A DNA stretch of 64,000 bases from Candidatus Desulfopertinax cowenii (GTDB taxonomy: Bacteria; Bacillota; Desulfotomaculia; Desulfotomaculales; Desulforudaceae). How positions within the stretch are numbered: position 1 is the stretch's first letter; each line of letters opens with the position of its first letter. This document shows, in pieces, positions 27,566-37,236 of the stretch. The translations under genes were made by a program, and so were the position numbers. Location: contig MPOA01000001.1 in the NCBI GenBank assembly GCA_001899445.1, positions 148,564-212,563 on the forward strand, in the 5' to 3' direction. A model generated the notes under the pieces. The model was given only the letters and a program-made list of their open reading frames with translations. It made no database searches and was not told where the DNA came from.

Positions 27566-28558
27566 CTACAGGATACCCTGTTCCTTGTAGAACTTCTCCG
27601 CACCCGGATGCAGCGGCAGCGACATGGCCTCGAGCGCGGTGTCCAGGGTCAGGTCCTTGCCGCGCTGGTGCGCTGCGCCGAACTTGTCCAGGTTGTCGAA
27701 CAACGCTTTGGTCAGGTCATAGACGAGGTCCTTGCTCAACTCCGCCTTGGCCACGAGCATGGCCTTCACGGCCACGGTGGTGACGTCCTCTTCCACCTTT
27801 GTGTAGGTACCACCCTCGATGGTGAACGGGGCGTAAAACGCGTACTCGCTGGTCAGACTTTCGATCGCCGCGTCACTTAAAGAAATGATCTTGATGTCGT
27901 GGGTGGCGCCCAGATCCTGCACGGCCGCCGTAGGCAGACCGGCGGTGAGGAAGGCGGCGTCCACGTGGCCATCCTTCAGGTTGCCCACCGCCTCACCAAA
28001 CGACAGGAAGTCCGGCTGGATGTCATCGAAGGTCATCCCGTAGGCCGCCAAGATCTGGCGGGCGTTGGCCTCCGTGCCGCTGGCCGGCGCACCGACCGCC
28101 ACCTTTTTGCCCTTGAGGTCCTCGATGGAGTTAATCCCGCTATCCGCCAGGGTGATTACCTGGATGACCTCCGGGTACAGAGTGGCCACGCCGGCGATGT
28201 TCGTCACCGCCCCGCGGTCGGCAAACATCTCCGCGCCTTCATAAGCGTAGTAGCTGATGTCGTTCTGGATGAAGGCCAGCTCGGCTTTGCCTTCTTCAAG
28301 AAGGCTGATGTTGGCCACAGACGCATTGGTTGTTTCAGCAGTGGCGTTAACTCCCGGAACGTTGGCGTTAAAGATTTCCGCCATGGCTCCGCCTAGCGGA
28401 AAGTAGGTACCCGCCTGCCCCCCGGTAGCGATGGAGATGAACTGGGTTTTCGGCTTCGGATCGTCGGCAGCCTGCTCACCGTCCCCGCAGCCAACTAACA
28501 TGGCACCTACTAACAACAAGCTCATCAGCACAGCTAACAACTTGGACCGCTTTTTCAT
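27566..28558 (-). CDS. TAXI-family TRAP transporter solute receptor (lipoprotein)
   Basis: Has the lipobox LVGCGDG and the TAXI motifs (IATGGQAGTYFPLGG, NATAETTNASVANI). The start is set at ATG 28558, with AAGGAG upstream. Confidence 0.9.
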   Translation of the reverse strand: MKKRSKLLAVLMSLLLVGAMLVGCGDGEQAADDPKPKTQFISIATGGQAGTYFPLGGAMAEIFNANVPGVNATAETTNASVANISLLEEGKAELAFIQNDISYYAYEGAEMFADRGAVTNIAGVATLYPEVIQVITLADSGINSIEDLKGKKVAVGAPASGTEANARQILAAYGMTFDDIQPDFLSFGEAVGNLKDGHVDAAFLTAGLPTAAVQDLGATHDIKIISLSDAAIESLTSEYAFYAPFTIEGGTYTKVEEDVTTVAVKAMLVAKAELSKDLVYDLTKALFDNLDKFGAAHQRGKDLTLDTALEAMSLPLHPGAEKFYKEQGIL

Positions 28559-28596
28559 CAAGCTCTCTCCTTCTTACCCGAATAAATCTGCTAATG

Positions 28597-28629
28597 ATTT
28601 TTGCGGATTTTTGCGGACGATTTTTGCGG
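28597..28629. repeat. Three direct copies of ATTTTTGCGG (two abutting, the third after a 3-bp spacer)
   Basis: The copies are at 28597-28606, 28607-28616 and 28620-28629, which is 39-71 nt upstream of the TAXI start codon. An inverted near-copy, CCGCAAAAT, lies at 28873-28881. Confidence 0.85.
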
Positions 28630-28911
28630 CAAGTCGATCTGTTGCGCTACCACCTCCCCGTACCGTTTTCCGGCAGTCCACCCAAAACAGGCCCGATACG
28701 ACAGCGTTTTGGGCAAGCCAAAATCCCAAGAGAAAACCCGACTCGTATTCCCGAATAGGGGTGAATGAGTCTTGGAAATTAAAGCCTGGTACAGGGTACC
28801 GCCTGTCCCAAGTCATACTATTTTCTAATAAACTCAAAAATCCTGCCTGGAGGGGTGGAAAACTTTAAATATCCGCAAAATACCACCTGTCCAGCAGGAC
28901 AAAAATAATAA

Positions 28912-29694
28912 TTACTCCACTTTTTGGGGATTTTTAAGACTGCTTTCCAGATTTAAGCGGCAGAAATTGTAGGGCGGCCACGGACCGGAATAGCGGAATT
29001 CCAGCACTTCGGCATACGGCACAAACAACTGGTTTGCCAACCGGTCGAAATCCTCTTCCTTTTCCTTCGGCACCAGGAAGGCGGCATTGAACACCATGCG
29101 TTCCGTAAGAATGTCATTTAGGACCGACTCGGCCGCCATCTGGTTCAGGGGTTCGTAAAGCAGTTTGATGTATTCCCGGCGCTTGCGGTCAGCCGCTTCG
29201 GCCATCAGCTGTCCCAGTTGCATGGCTTCATCGTAGGAGACCGGACCGGACTTCTCGTTCAGCGCCGCCTTGGCCTGTCGAACCCGGCTATCGGCGCCCT
29301 CTAGGTCCGTCTCAAACGCTTCCCGGCGCCAGAGAACCTTGAGCCCCAGTTCAACCTTGTCCCGAATGCGCTCCAGGGTGTTTTTCAGCAACTCATAATT
29401 CCCAACCAGAACGGTTTCGATGGGCACCCCCGGGACGGCTACGATGCCGAAGCGCACGGGGATCACCGGATGGCGCCGCATGACGAACGAGATCACCCGT
29501 TCGTGCGCCAGGGCCAGCTCCCGGGTCGGCTCCAACTCAGGCTGCGGCAAGTCACTTACCACCGCGGCCAGATCACGATACGGCACCGCCCGCACCGGGG
29601 CCCGGTACAAGCCGGTCGTTTCAAGCCGTACCGGGGCGGAGATCTCGATCACCCCGTAAAGGTAAACGCCGCGGGGTTCCTCTCCGGTGGTCAA
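28912..29694 (-). CDS. GvpL/GvpF-family gas-vesicle-related protein (orphan)
   Basis: The N-terminal GVYLYGVI...YRDLAAVVS pattern, the central coiled region and the C-terminal FRYSGPWPPYNF are characteristic of GvpL/F. There is no gvpA or gvpN in the window. Confidence 0.75.
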   Translation of the reverse strand: MTTGEEPRGVYLYGVIEISAPVRLETTGLYRAPVRAVPYRDLAAVVSDLPQPELEPTRELALAHERVISFVMRRHPVIPVRFGIVAVPGVPIETVLVGNYELLKNTLERIRDKVELGLKVLWRREAFETDLEGADSRVRQAKAALNEKSGPVSYDEAMQLGQLMAEAADRKRREYIKLLYEPLNQMAAESVLNDILTERMVFNAAFLVPKEKEEDFDRLANQLFVPYAEVLEFRYSGPWPPYNFCRLNLESSLKNPQKVE

Positions 29695-29785
29695 CCACCC
29701 CCACCTCCTGAAAATTAGACTGATTAATCAATAGCCCCCGTGATCTATCAGTCATAGTATGAAAAAACCCGGTAAATAGTGCCCT

Positions 29786-29818
29786 GAAAAGAAAAACCTG
29801 CCAGAATTGCAGGTTTTT
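29786..29818 (-). terminator. Rho-independent (bidirectional) terminator after the MCP gene
   Basis: AAAAACCTGC-cagaatt-GCAGGTTTTT is flanked by T-runs on both strands. On the minus strand, TTTTTCTTTT follows the stem. Confidence 0.8.
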
Positions 29819-29853
29819 CTTTTGAAAAATTATAAACTGCAAGCAAGGGCAAG

Positions 29854-31053
29854 CTAGTGTCGGAATTTCTGCCCCATCTGGCCAAGTTCTTCGGCCATAC
29901 GGCTAAGACTCTCGGCCAGGGCGCTCATTTCTTCCATCATCGCCGTCTGTTCCTCGGTGACCGAGGCCAGGCTTTGCACCCCTGAATTCAGCTGCTCCGC
30001 AGCCAAGGCCACTTCCTGCGCCTGCTGCACCAGGTTATTGACCGCCGCCGAAATCCCGGAGAACGCCTCGGTAGTTTCCCGGGTCAACTTCACCCCGTCC
30101 GCAATAGTTTTCAAATTGCTTTTCATGTTTTTGTTAGCCGTTTCCGCTTCTTCTCCTATGCCTCGGGCGATGATCAGAATCTCATCGGCCGTTTGGGCCG
30201 ACTGCTCGGCCAACTTGCGAATTTCTTCGGCCACTACCGCGAACCCCCGGCCGTGTTCTCCGGCCCGGGCGGCCTCGATGGCCGCGTTCAGGGCCAGGAG
30301 ATTGGTCTGGTCGGCGATATGGGTGATGGCATCCACGAATTCAGTGATCTGGTGCGCCCGTTTGCCAAACGCCAACACGTACTTGGCCGCCTGGGCGTTG
30401 GTGCGGTTGATGGAACCCATTTGGTTGCGAACCGTCTCGATGATGCTCTCTCCGTTGCTGGCGATTTCGGCGGCCCGGCGGGCGTTGTCGGCCACCCCCT
30501 GAGCCAGTCCGGCTAGGTTTTCAACCGTGCCGGCCATTTCATTGGCCGTCTCGGCGGTACTGGTGGCAGACACACTGTAATCCTGAGCGTTGTCGGCCAA
30601 TTGCCGGGATGTTTTCCGGACTTGGTCGCCTGTCTTGGCGGCCGTCTGCAATGCTTCGTCCAGCCGCTCAATCAGCAGGTTGAACCCCCGGGCTAACTCT
30701 CCGATCTCGTCATTACGTTCCACTTTCACCCGGACCGTCAGGTCACCGTCAGCCGCCTGCAGCACCTTTTCCCGAAGCCGGTCCAGGCCGCGAGTACCCC
30801 GGCCCGAAGCCGCGAGACCCAGACCGACGGTCAAGGCCAGCAGCACCCCGCCGCCAACAAGGGGGTCGGCCATGTGGTGCCAGTATCCCAGATAAGCCAG
30901 TCCCCCCACAATGGCCGTCACCACGACCACCGCTACGCCCACCGTTTGCAGTCTATACCGCCACCGCATTCGCATTGCCCTCCCCGTCGAGAATTCTGTA
31001 CTTAGTTGACTTCGCCCAGGCTTGTCAAAAACTGCTGCTTTATAATAACCCAT
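29854..31053 (-). CDS. Methyl-accepting chemotaxis protein (two TM, minimal periplasmic loop, HAMP + MA domain)
   Basis: Contains the conserved signalling hairpin [39 protein letters not shown]. The start may be the internal Met near 30975. Confidence 0.9.
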   Translation of the reverse strand: MGYYKAAVFDKPGRSQLSTEFSTGRAMRMRWRYRLQTVGVAVVVVTAIVGGLAYLGYWHHMADPLVGGGVLLALTVGLGLAASGRGTRGLDRLREKVLQAADGDLTVRVKVERNDEIGELARGFNLLIERLDEALQTAAKTGDQVRKTSRQLADNAQDYSVSATSTAETANEMAGTVENLAGLAQGVADNARRAAEIASNGESIIETVRNQMGSINRTNAQAAKYVLAFGKRAHQITEFVDAITHIADQTNLLALNAAIEAARAGEHGRGFAVVAEEIRKLAEQSAQTADEILIIARGIGEEAETANKNMKSNLKTIADGVKLTRETTEAFSGISAAVNNLVQQAQEVALAAEQLNSGVQSLASVTEEQTAMMEEMSALAESLSRMAEELGQMGQKFRH

Positions 31054-31227
31054 CTTATTTTATCGTCGGTTTTGGATGACTCTTGACCCCCCACAGTAAA
31101 AACGAACCCAGGTCGTAGCGTCCGGCTTTGCTGCCGGCCGGCGTATATGTTAAATTGAAGATGATTGGCGATACCCAAGGGGCAGACGGGTTCATTCCCG
31201 CAGCCATCGTTCAGGGGGGTGAGCGTT

Positions 31228-32199
31228 ATGCCGGCAAATCTCACGCCTCAGTACTATGCCGCCGAGGAAGCCTTTAAACAGGCGAGTACCGTTGAAGAAA
31301 AGATCGCGGCGCTGCAGGAAATGCTGGCCGTGATTCCCAAGCACAAGGGCACGGAAAAGATCCAGGCCGATCTTAAGCGCCGGCTGTCCCGGTTGCGCCA
31401 GGAAAGTCAGAAGAAAAACAAAGTCAGCCGCCACGACCCGTTCAACGTGGAACGGCAGGGCGCGGGCCAGGTCGTGCTTACCGGTTACCCCAACACCGGT
31501 AAGTCCGCCATAGTGGCCGCCCTTTCCCGGGCCAAGGTGAAAGTGGCCGAGTACCCGTTCACTACTACCGTTCCCGAGGCCGGAATGATGCCCTTCGAGG
31601 AAATAATGATTCAGCTGGTTGACACCCCGCCTTTTACTCTGGAAATGGTGCCCCCGGGACTGGTGAATACCCTGCGCAACAGCGATGTTCTGGTCGGGGT
31701 CATCAACCTCGGTACCCCGGAATGCCTGGAGCAACTGGAGGGTACCCTTGAGTTTCTAAGGCAGAAGCGGCTCCTGGGAGAAACGGCGGCTCCGGCAAAA
31801 AGAATCAGCCCAGACCGGTTCCTGCTTATTGGTACCCACGCCGATCAAAGGGAAAGTGCGGAAAACCTGGAGGTGCTGCGGGAACTGCGCCCCGATCTGA
31901 ACATCCTGCCCGTGTCGGCCGCCGGCGGGCACAACCTGGAGAACCTGCGGCACCGGATTTTCCGCGCCCTGAACATCATCCGCATCTTCAGCAAATCTCC
32001 CGGAAAACCACCGGACTTGCAGGCCCCCTTTGTGCTGCCAGCCGGAAGCACGGTGCTGGATCTGGCCGCAGCGATCCACCGGGATTTTCCGCGGCAGTTG
32101 AAAACAGCCCGCGTCTGGGGTTCGGCTCGTTTCGACGGCCAATCAGTGCCCCGGGATTACCCGTTGCAGGACCGGGACATTGTGGAGATTCAGATTTAA
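31228..32199 (+). CDS. OBG/DRG-family GTPase-like protein with C-terminal TGS domain
   Basis: Has G1 GYPNTGKS, G2 YPFTT and a C-terminal TGS-like region (IFSKSPGKPPD...VWG...DGQSVPRDYPLQDRDIVEI), collinear with eukaryotic/archaeal DRG. The G3 position reads DTPP, not DxxG. The start is set at ATG 31228. Confidence 0.7.
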   Translation: MPANLTPQYYAAEEAFKQASTVEEKIAALQEMLAVIPKHKGTEKIQADLKRRLSRLRQESQKKNKVSRHDPFNVERQGAGQVVLTGYPNTGKSAIVAALSRAKVKVAEYPFTTTVPEAGMMPFEEIMIQLVDTPPFTLEMVPPGLVNTLRNSDVLVGVINLGTPECLEQLEGTLEFLRQKRLLGETAAPAKRISPDRFLLIGTHADQRESAENLEVLRELRPDLNILPVSAAGGHNLENLRHRIFRALNIIRIFSKSPGKPPDLQAPFVLPAGSTVLDLAAAIHRDFPRQLKTARVWGSARFDGQSVPRDYPLQDRDIVEIQI

Positions 32200-32232
32200 T
32201 TGTGACCGGTCCGGGGTGGTTGATGACCTGCC

Positions 32233-32667
32233 TTACATTGCAATTTTTGGGAGAACACGGTCAAGCTGCAGGAGTAACCAAAGGGCATCTTCCCTCTTAA
32301 CCACGCCACTGATGTACTCGTTCTCCTGCATAATCGATTCGGGACGTTCGATTTCATCCGGGCTGTAACGCCCCACCTCCTGCACCCGGTCAACGATCAT
32401 ACCTACGCTGGTCTCGTTGTGCTCCACGACGATGATCCGCGTATCCCGGGTATTTTCCGAGCGCTTCAGATTCAAGCGCTTGTGCAGATTGATGATGGGC
32501 ACGATCCGACCCCGGAGGTTGATAACTCCCTCGATAAAGTCCGCGGATCGGGGTATCGGGGTAACGTCCACCATTTTGATGATCTCCTGGGTCTTCAATA
32601 CCGGAATGGCGTATTTTTGCCCACTCAGGTCAAAAATAACCAGCTGCTCACCGGCGGTGGATGCCAT
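32233..32667 (-). CDS. cheW: Chemotaxis coupling protein CheW
   Basis: A 144-aa CheW domain (LVIFDLSGQKYAIPV...VINLRG.IVPII.L). Confidence 0.9.
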   Translation of the reverse strand: MASTAGEQLVIFDLSGQKYAIPVLKTQEIIKMVDVTPIPRSADFIEGVINLRGRIVPIINLHKRLNLKRSENTRDTRIIVVEHNETSVGMIVDRVQEVGRYSPDEIERPESIMQENEYISGVVKREDALWLLLQLDRVLPKIAM

Positions 32668-32680
32668 TATGCCGTCCCCC

Positions 32681-34267
32681 CTAGCTTTTTCTCAAAGATT
32701 TCACGATTTCATCCAGTTCGTCGGCCATCTTGGCCAGATCGTTGGCGTTCGCGGCCATTTCTTGAACCGTACTGCTGACCTCCTCGGCCGAGGCCGCCAG
32801 GTTTTGCACGCCCTGGCTGTGCTGTTCAAACGCCTTGGCGATTTCCTCGGCCAGGTCAGTGCTCCTACCGGCATGTTTACGGATGTTTTCGAGGGCTTCC
32901 CCGGCCTTCTTGATAATCCGGACCCCTTCCTCGACTTCACCGGCCCCGGACTGCATGGATTCCACCGCCTTCACGGTATTTTTCTGGATCGCCAGGACAA
33001 TCTCCTCGATCTCCTTGGTGGCCCCGGAAGACTTCTCGGCCAGCTTGCGCACCTCTTCGGCCACCACCGCGAATCCCCGCCCGTGCTCCCCCGCGCGCGC
33101 CGCCTCAATGGCCGCGTTCAGGGCCAGCAGGTTGGTCTGGTCGGCAATGTCGTTGATCACGCGGATAATCTCGCCGATCTTTTCGGATTGCTGGTGTAGG
33201 TTTTGCACCGACTTGGCGCTCGAATCCACCGTGTGCTGGATGGCGGTGATCTTACTCACCGCCTGCAGCACCGCTTGGTTGCCAGCTTCGGAGGCGTTCT
33301 CGGTCGCCCTGGCCGCCTCCGCCGCCTGGGCGGCGTGGGCCGTAGCCTGCTCCGTGGAAGCGGCCAGTTGGCTGGAGGTGGCGGTCACGTTCTCCACGGC
33401 CGCGCTGACTTCCTCGGCCGCCGCCGAGAGTTCCTGGCTGTGGGAGGCCAGCTGGTAAGAGTTCTCCTGGACCTTGTCCACCAGGTTCTTCAGGTTTTCC
33501 CCCATCTGGTTGAAGGCGGCACCCAGCCGGCCGATCTCATCCCGGGTCCGCACTTCCACCCGGTAATCCAGCTCCCCGGCGGCCATTTTCCCGGCCGCCA
33601 CCTCCAGGCGGTTCAGCGGGTTGACCAGGACGCGGTTGGAAAAGAACATCAGCACCACCTGGGACACCGCCAGCACCAGGGCGGAAACCCCGAGCGTGGT
33701 GGCCCAGCCCCGGGCGATGAGCGCGTCCACAAAACCCTTGGGCACAGCCACGGCCCAGATGCCGACGATTTCGCCGGTGGCGTCCCGGAGGGGCTTGTAG
33801 GCCGTCAGGTATTGCTGGCCAACCACTTCGGCCACCCCGTAGAACTCCTCCCCGCGGTGCAGCACGGTCTGGGCCACTTCGTCGCTAACCCGGGTCCCCA
33901 CGGCGCGCTTGCCTTCCGCCGTGCGCACGTTGGTGGCAATGCGGGTGTCCCAACGGAAAATAGTAACCGTACTCCCCGCCAGTTCGCCGAGGTAGTCCAC
34001 CACTTCGAAGTTGTTGTTCATCAGGACGTCACCCTTGTAAAGCCGGTCTCCTTGCGCCCGCCAGGGCCCCGGGTACATTTGGTCGATGATGGCCTCGCTC
34101 AAGGCCAGGTCGCCCCGGGCCTTCTCGGTCGCCGCCTCTCTGGCAGTGGCCACGACCAGGTTGTTAACTACCAACAACAGGGCCCCCGCAAACAGGACCA
34201 AAATCACCGCAAACAATAAGGCCAGCTTGAACTTAAGCGATATAGATCCAAAGCGTTTAAACTGCAT
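32681..34267 (-). CDS. Methyl-accepting chemotaxis protein with extracytoplasmic Cache-like sensor, HAMP and MA domains
   Basis: Has two TM segments flanking a sensor domain of about 170 aa, and the same conserved signalling hairpin as the other MCP. The start is set at ATG 34267, with GGAGG 8 nt upstream. Confidence 0.9.
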   Translation of the reverse strand: MQFKRFGSISLKFKLALLFAVILVLFAGALLLVVNNLVVATAREAATEKARGDLALSEAIIDQMYPGPWRAQGDRLYKGDVLMNNNFEVVDYLGELAGSTVTIFRWDTRIATNVRTAEGKRAVGTRVSDEVAQTVLHRGEEFYGVAEVVGQQYLTAYKPLRDATGEIVGIWAVAVPKGFVDALIARGWATTLGVSALVLAVSQVVLMFFSNRVLVNPLNRLEVAAGKMAAGELDYRVEVRTRDEIGRLGAAFNQMGENLKNLVDKVQENSYQLASHSQELSAAAEEVSAAVENVTATSSQLAASTEQATAHAAQAAEAARATENASEAGNQAVLQAVSKITAIQHTVDSSAKSVQNLHQQSEKIGEIIRVINDIADQTNLLALNAAIEAARAGEHGRGFAVVAEEVRKLAEKSSGATKEIEEIVLAIQKNTVKAVESMQSGAGEVEEGVRIIKKAGEALENIRKHAGRSTDLAEEIAKAFEQHSQGVQNLAASAEEVSSTVQEMAANANDLAKMADELDEIVKSLRKS

Positions 34268-34480
34268 CAAGCTTTCCTCCCCCAAAACATTCTTCAAAGC
34301 CAGCAGGTTGCAGTTGTTGCCCTACGAACCATCCGCTGGCCGAACCCTGAAAAAGCCAGGTGATCCGTCTACATTCCCCCTAGTGGTTTCTTTTCGGCAT
34401 AATTACAGGGAAGTTTTAGGGCAATACGCAATAAATCTTGCCAAAATACTTTGCAATTCTATTCCCCGAAGACCCACCCC

Positions 34481-35128
34481 TCAGGCCCGGGCCCGGATAT
34501 TGGCCAGGGCGTCAAGCGCCACCGCGCCCACGGTACGCTGCCATAGCTTGCCCGCTTCATAGATGGTGACCGTCTCGTGGTCAGAACGTAGATCACCCAG
34601 GGCCGAAGCCGCCTCCTGCGCCGCAATCTCCCCCAGCGACCAGGCCGCGAATCCCCTGATCTCAGGGTCGGGTTCTTCCAGCGCCCTGATGAGCAGCGGA
34701 AGTGCGGAAACCACCAGGTCGGGGCGCCGCTTTCCGATTCGGCCCAGAGCCCAGATTACGCCGCGGCGCAGGCGCCTATCTTCGTACAGAGAGATCAACT
34801 CTGGCACATACCCCGCAAAAAGTTCGGGGCGGTTCCGGATAATCTCACCGATCACCTCGGGTGCACTCCCGCCGAGCGGGCCCGCCTCGCCGCGCAAAGA
34901 CTCCAGCAGATGTCCCATGATCTCCCGGCCCACTTCCGGATCCCGCTGCGCAAGGCCTCCGGTCACCCGGCCCAGCCCCTCAATCGCCCGCCACCGCAAG
35001 AGACCGTCCCCGGCATCAAGAAAGGCTAACAGCTGCCCGATCACGTCCCGGTGCTCCTCCTCCGCGAGTCGCAACAACCGGTCGTACTGCCGTCCCCCGA
35101 GCAATCGCCGTACTTCTTCTTTCGTCAA
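34481..35128 (-). CDS. HEAT-repeat (PBS-lyase-like) protein
   Basis: Shows repeated ...R..A.WALG.IG... units (RWRAIEGLGRV, RRGVIWALGRIG, IRGFAAWSLGEIA). Confidence 0.7.
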   Translation of the reverse strand: MTKEEVRRLLGGRQYDRLLRLAEEEHRDVIGQLLAFLDAGDGLLRWRAIEGLGRVTGGLAQRDPEVGREIMGHLLESLRGEAGPLGGSAPEVIGEIIRNRPELFAGYVPELISLYEDRRLRRGVIWALGRIGKRRPDLVVSALPLLIRALEEPDPEIRGFAAWSLGEIAAQEAASALGDLRSDHETVTIYEAGKLWQRTVGAVALDALANIRARA

Positions 35129-35590
35129 CCAGTTCCGCCTCCTAAGGAGATTATTTCTAAATCTTTGCTACCTCAAATATATTTTACACCTTTTTCCCGC
35201 GACAAACACCGATTTCGTAGGACCCTCTCTCCTCATTACCAGACCACCCATTTCGCCAAAAAAATTTTACGCAAATGCCTTAGCCTGTCCCGGGCAACCT
35301 AGAACCTTAACGGCCCCTGCCACTGTGGTTTTCGGTGCTGGTTCAAAGCACGGGAAATCCTGGGTGCATGCGGGTAATCTTTCAAAAACGGTTGCCCGGC
35401 CCACGAGGCAGGCTTAATTCTTGATCATTATGGTACAAGACGAATCAAATGTGCTAGTTAATTAAAGTCCGAGTTGTATTCTGCGCGCTTTTTTGGTAGC
35501 ATAGGTTTAACATATACAGTATACAAAATACAATCGCGGCCGGTTCGTCAATAATTTTATTCGCCTGGATTTTTGGAAAGGAGTACCAAC

Positions 35591-37162
35591 ATGCACCCTT
35601 TTCGTCGCCCCGTGGAGGCGCGCAACATCATCAACAACCCCTCGGCGGCCGAACTGCGGGAAATGGCCCGCCGCGAGGAAATTACAACCGAATATGGAAG
35701 CGCCAGTTACGTTACAAAGGTGCGAAACCGCAGCGCCAAGCAGACTTTCATCGTGGATGACGCGCTTAAACTCGGTGTCGACCAACAGGGAATAGCCCTC
35801 GAAAAAGCCGACGCCATCGCCCGGGCCGTACACCAATATCTGCGAGACCGGGACTTGATCCGCCTGGACCGGCAAATGGGGCAACACCGGGATTTTTGCC
35901 TGCACTGCCGGCTATACATCACCAGGGACTATGCGCGTATCCCCCTGCAATGGCATAATATGCTTTTTGAGCCGAAAAACCGGGATGACGAACCGGATCT
36001 GGTTTCGATCTACGTTCCCGAGTGGCCGGAGCGGATCATTTTCTGCCACCCGGTCGCCGGCGTCACTTACATCCTGGGCACCGATTACTTCGGAGAGTGC
36101 AAAAAGTCTTTCCTGCGCAAAGCCATGTACCGGGTTAAGCAGCAGGGCTGCCTGGGCTTTCACGCCGGCAGCAAGGTGTTGCGAGTGCTGGATAGCCACG
36201 GCGGCCTGAAGGAAGTGGGTTTTATCCTCTTTGGCTTGAGCGGCACCGGTAAGACCACTCTAACCATGCACGATCACGGGTTGACGGGCAAAGAAGGCGT
36301 AGCCATCCGACAGGACGACGTGGTGATGATGCACCCGTCGGGCTATTGCTACGGCACGGAAAACGGTTTTTACATTAAAACGGAGGGACTGGACGAATCG
36401 CAGCGGGTCCTGTACCAAGCCGCCGTCTCGCCCAACGCCATTTTTGAGAACATCTACGTTGACGACAAAGGACGGATCCGGTTCGATAACAGCGCATATA
36501 CCGCTAACGGACGCGGCGTAATCCTGCGTTCCGAGGTGCCTGGTACCGACGATCAAATCGACCTCGACCGCGTGCACCGGATCATCTTTATCACCAGGCG
36601 CGACGACGTGGTCCCGGCCGTGGCCAGGTTGAACCCGGAACAAGCCGCCGCCTACTTTATGCTGGGCGAATCCATCGAAACCTCGGCCGGGGATCCCACC
36701 AAAGCGGGACAACCGAAGCGGGTAGTAGGAACTAACCCGTTCCTCGTCGGGCCGGAAGCGGAAGAGGGGAACCGCCTGCTCGACATGCTCCAGACCAACC
36801 CGGAAATCGAGTGCTACCTCCTTAACACTGGGAGCGTAGGCAAGCGGAACGGTCACCCGGGAATCAAGATCACCGTCCGGGATTCAACCCAGATCATGGC
36901 CCAACTGGCTTACGGCAATATCCGCTGGATCCAGGACCCGGACTGGAACTACCTGGTCCCCGTCGAAATCCCGGGAATCAACGTGCGGACGCTTGATCCG
37001 CGGCAGTATTACTCCCGGGAGGAGTACGCCCGGCGCGTCGCCCAACTACGGGAGGAACGCCGCGCCTGGCTGGCCAAATACCCCAGCCTTAAACCGGAAA
37101 TCGTAAGGGCGATTGAACCACCACGCCCGCTGGCAACAGCCGCCTCCGCCGGAGCCCGGTAG
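35591..37162 (+). CDS. pckA: Phosphoenolpyruvate carboxykinase (ATP)
   Basis: Has the kinase-1a motif GLSGTGKTTL plus the PEPCK-ATP family motifs. The start is set at ATG 35591, with AAAGGAG 7 nt upstream. Confidence 0.9.
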   Translation: MHPFRRPVEARNIINNPSAAELREMARREEITTEYGSASYVTKVRNRSAKQTFIVDDALKLGVDQQGIALEKADAIARAVHQYLRDRDLIRLDRQMGQHRDFCLHCRLYITRDYARIPLQWHNMLFEPKNRDDEPDLVSIYVPEWPERIIFCHPVAGVTYILGTDYFGECKKSFLRKAMYRVKQQGCLGFHAGSKVLRVLDSHGGLKEVGFILFGLSGTGKTTLTMHDHGLTGKEGVAIRQDDVVMMHPSGYCYGTENGFYIKTEGLDESQRVLYQAAVSPNAIFENIYVDDKGRIRFDNSAYTANGRGVILRSEVPGTDDQIDLDRVHRIIFITRRDDVVPAVARLNPEQAAAYFMLGESIETSAGDPTKAGQPKRVVGTNPFLVGPEAEEGNRLLDMLQTNPEIECYLLNTGSVGKRNGHPGIKITVRDSTQIMAQLAYGNIRWIQDPDWNYLVPVEIPGINVRTLDPRQYYSREEYARRVAQLREERRAWLAKYPSLKPEIVRAIEPPRPLATAASAGAR

Positions 37163-37193
37163 CCAACCCTGGTTGCCACGCATTCACTAAGAG

Positions 37194-37234
37194 CTGGGAA
37201 TCCTTGTTCCCGCAAGGGTTCCCAGTTTCTTTTC
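37194..37234 (+). terminator. Rho-independent terminator after pckA
   Basis: A 13-bp stem, CTGGGAATCCTTG / CAAGGGTTCCCAG (one G-U pair), with loop TTCCCG, followed by TTTCTTTTC. Confidence 0.85.
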
Positions 37235-37236
37235 CG

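Noticed and set aside
28597-28629. I considered whether the short direct repeats could be a degenerate CRISPR array.
   Set aside because: The units are only 10 bp and abut each other or have a 3-bp gap, so there are no spacers. No cas genes are present. The location fits a promoter-operator.
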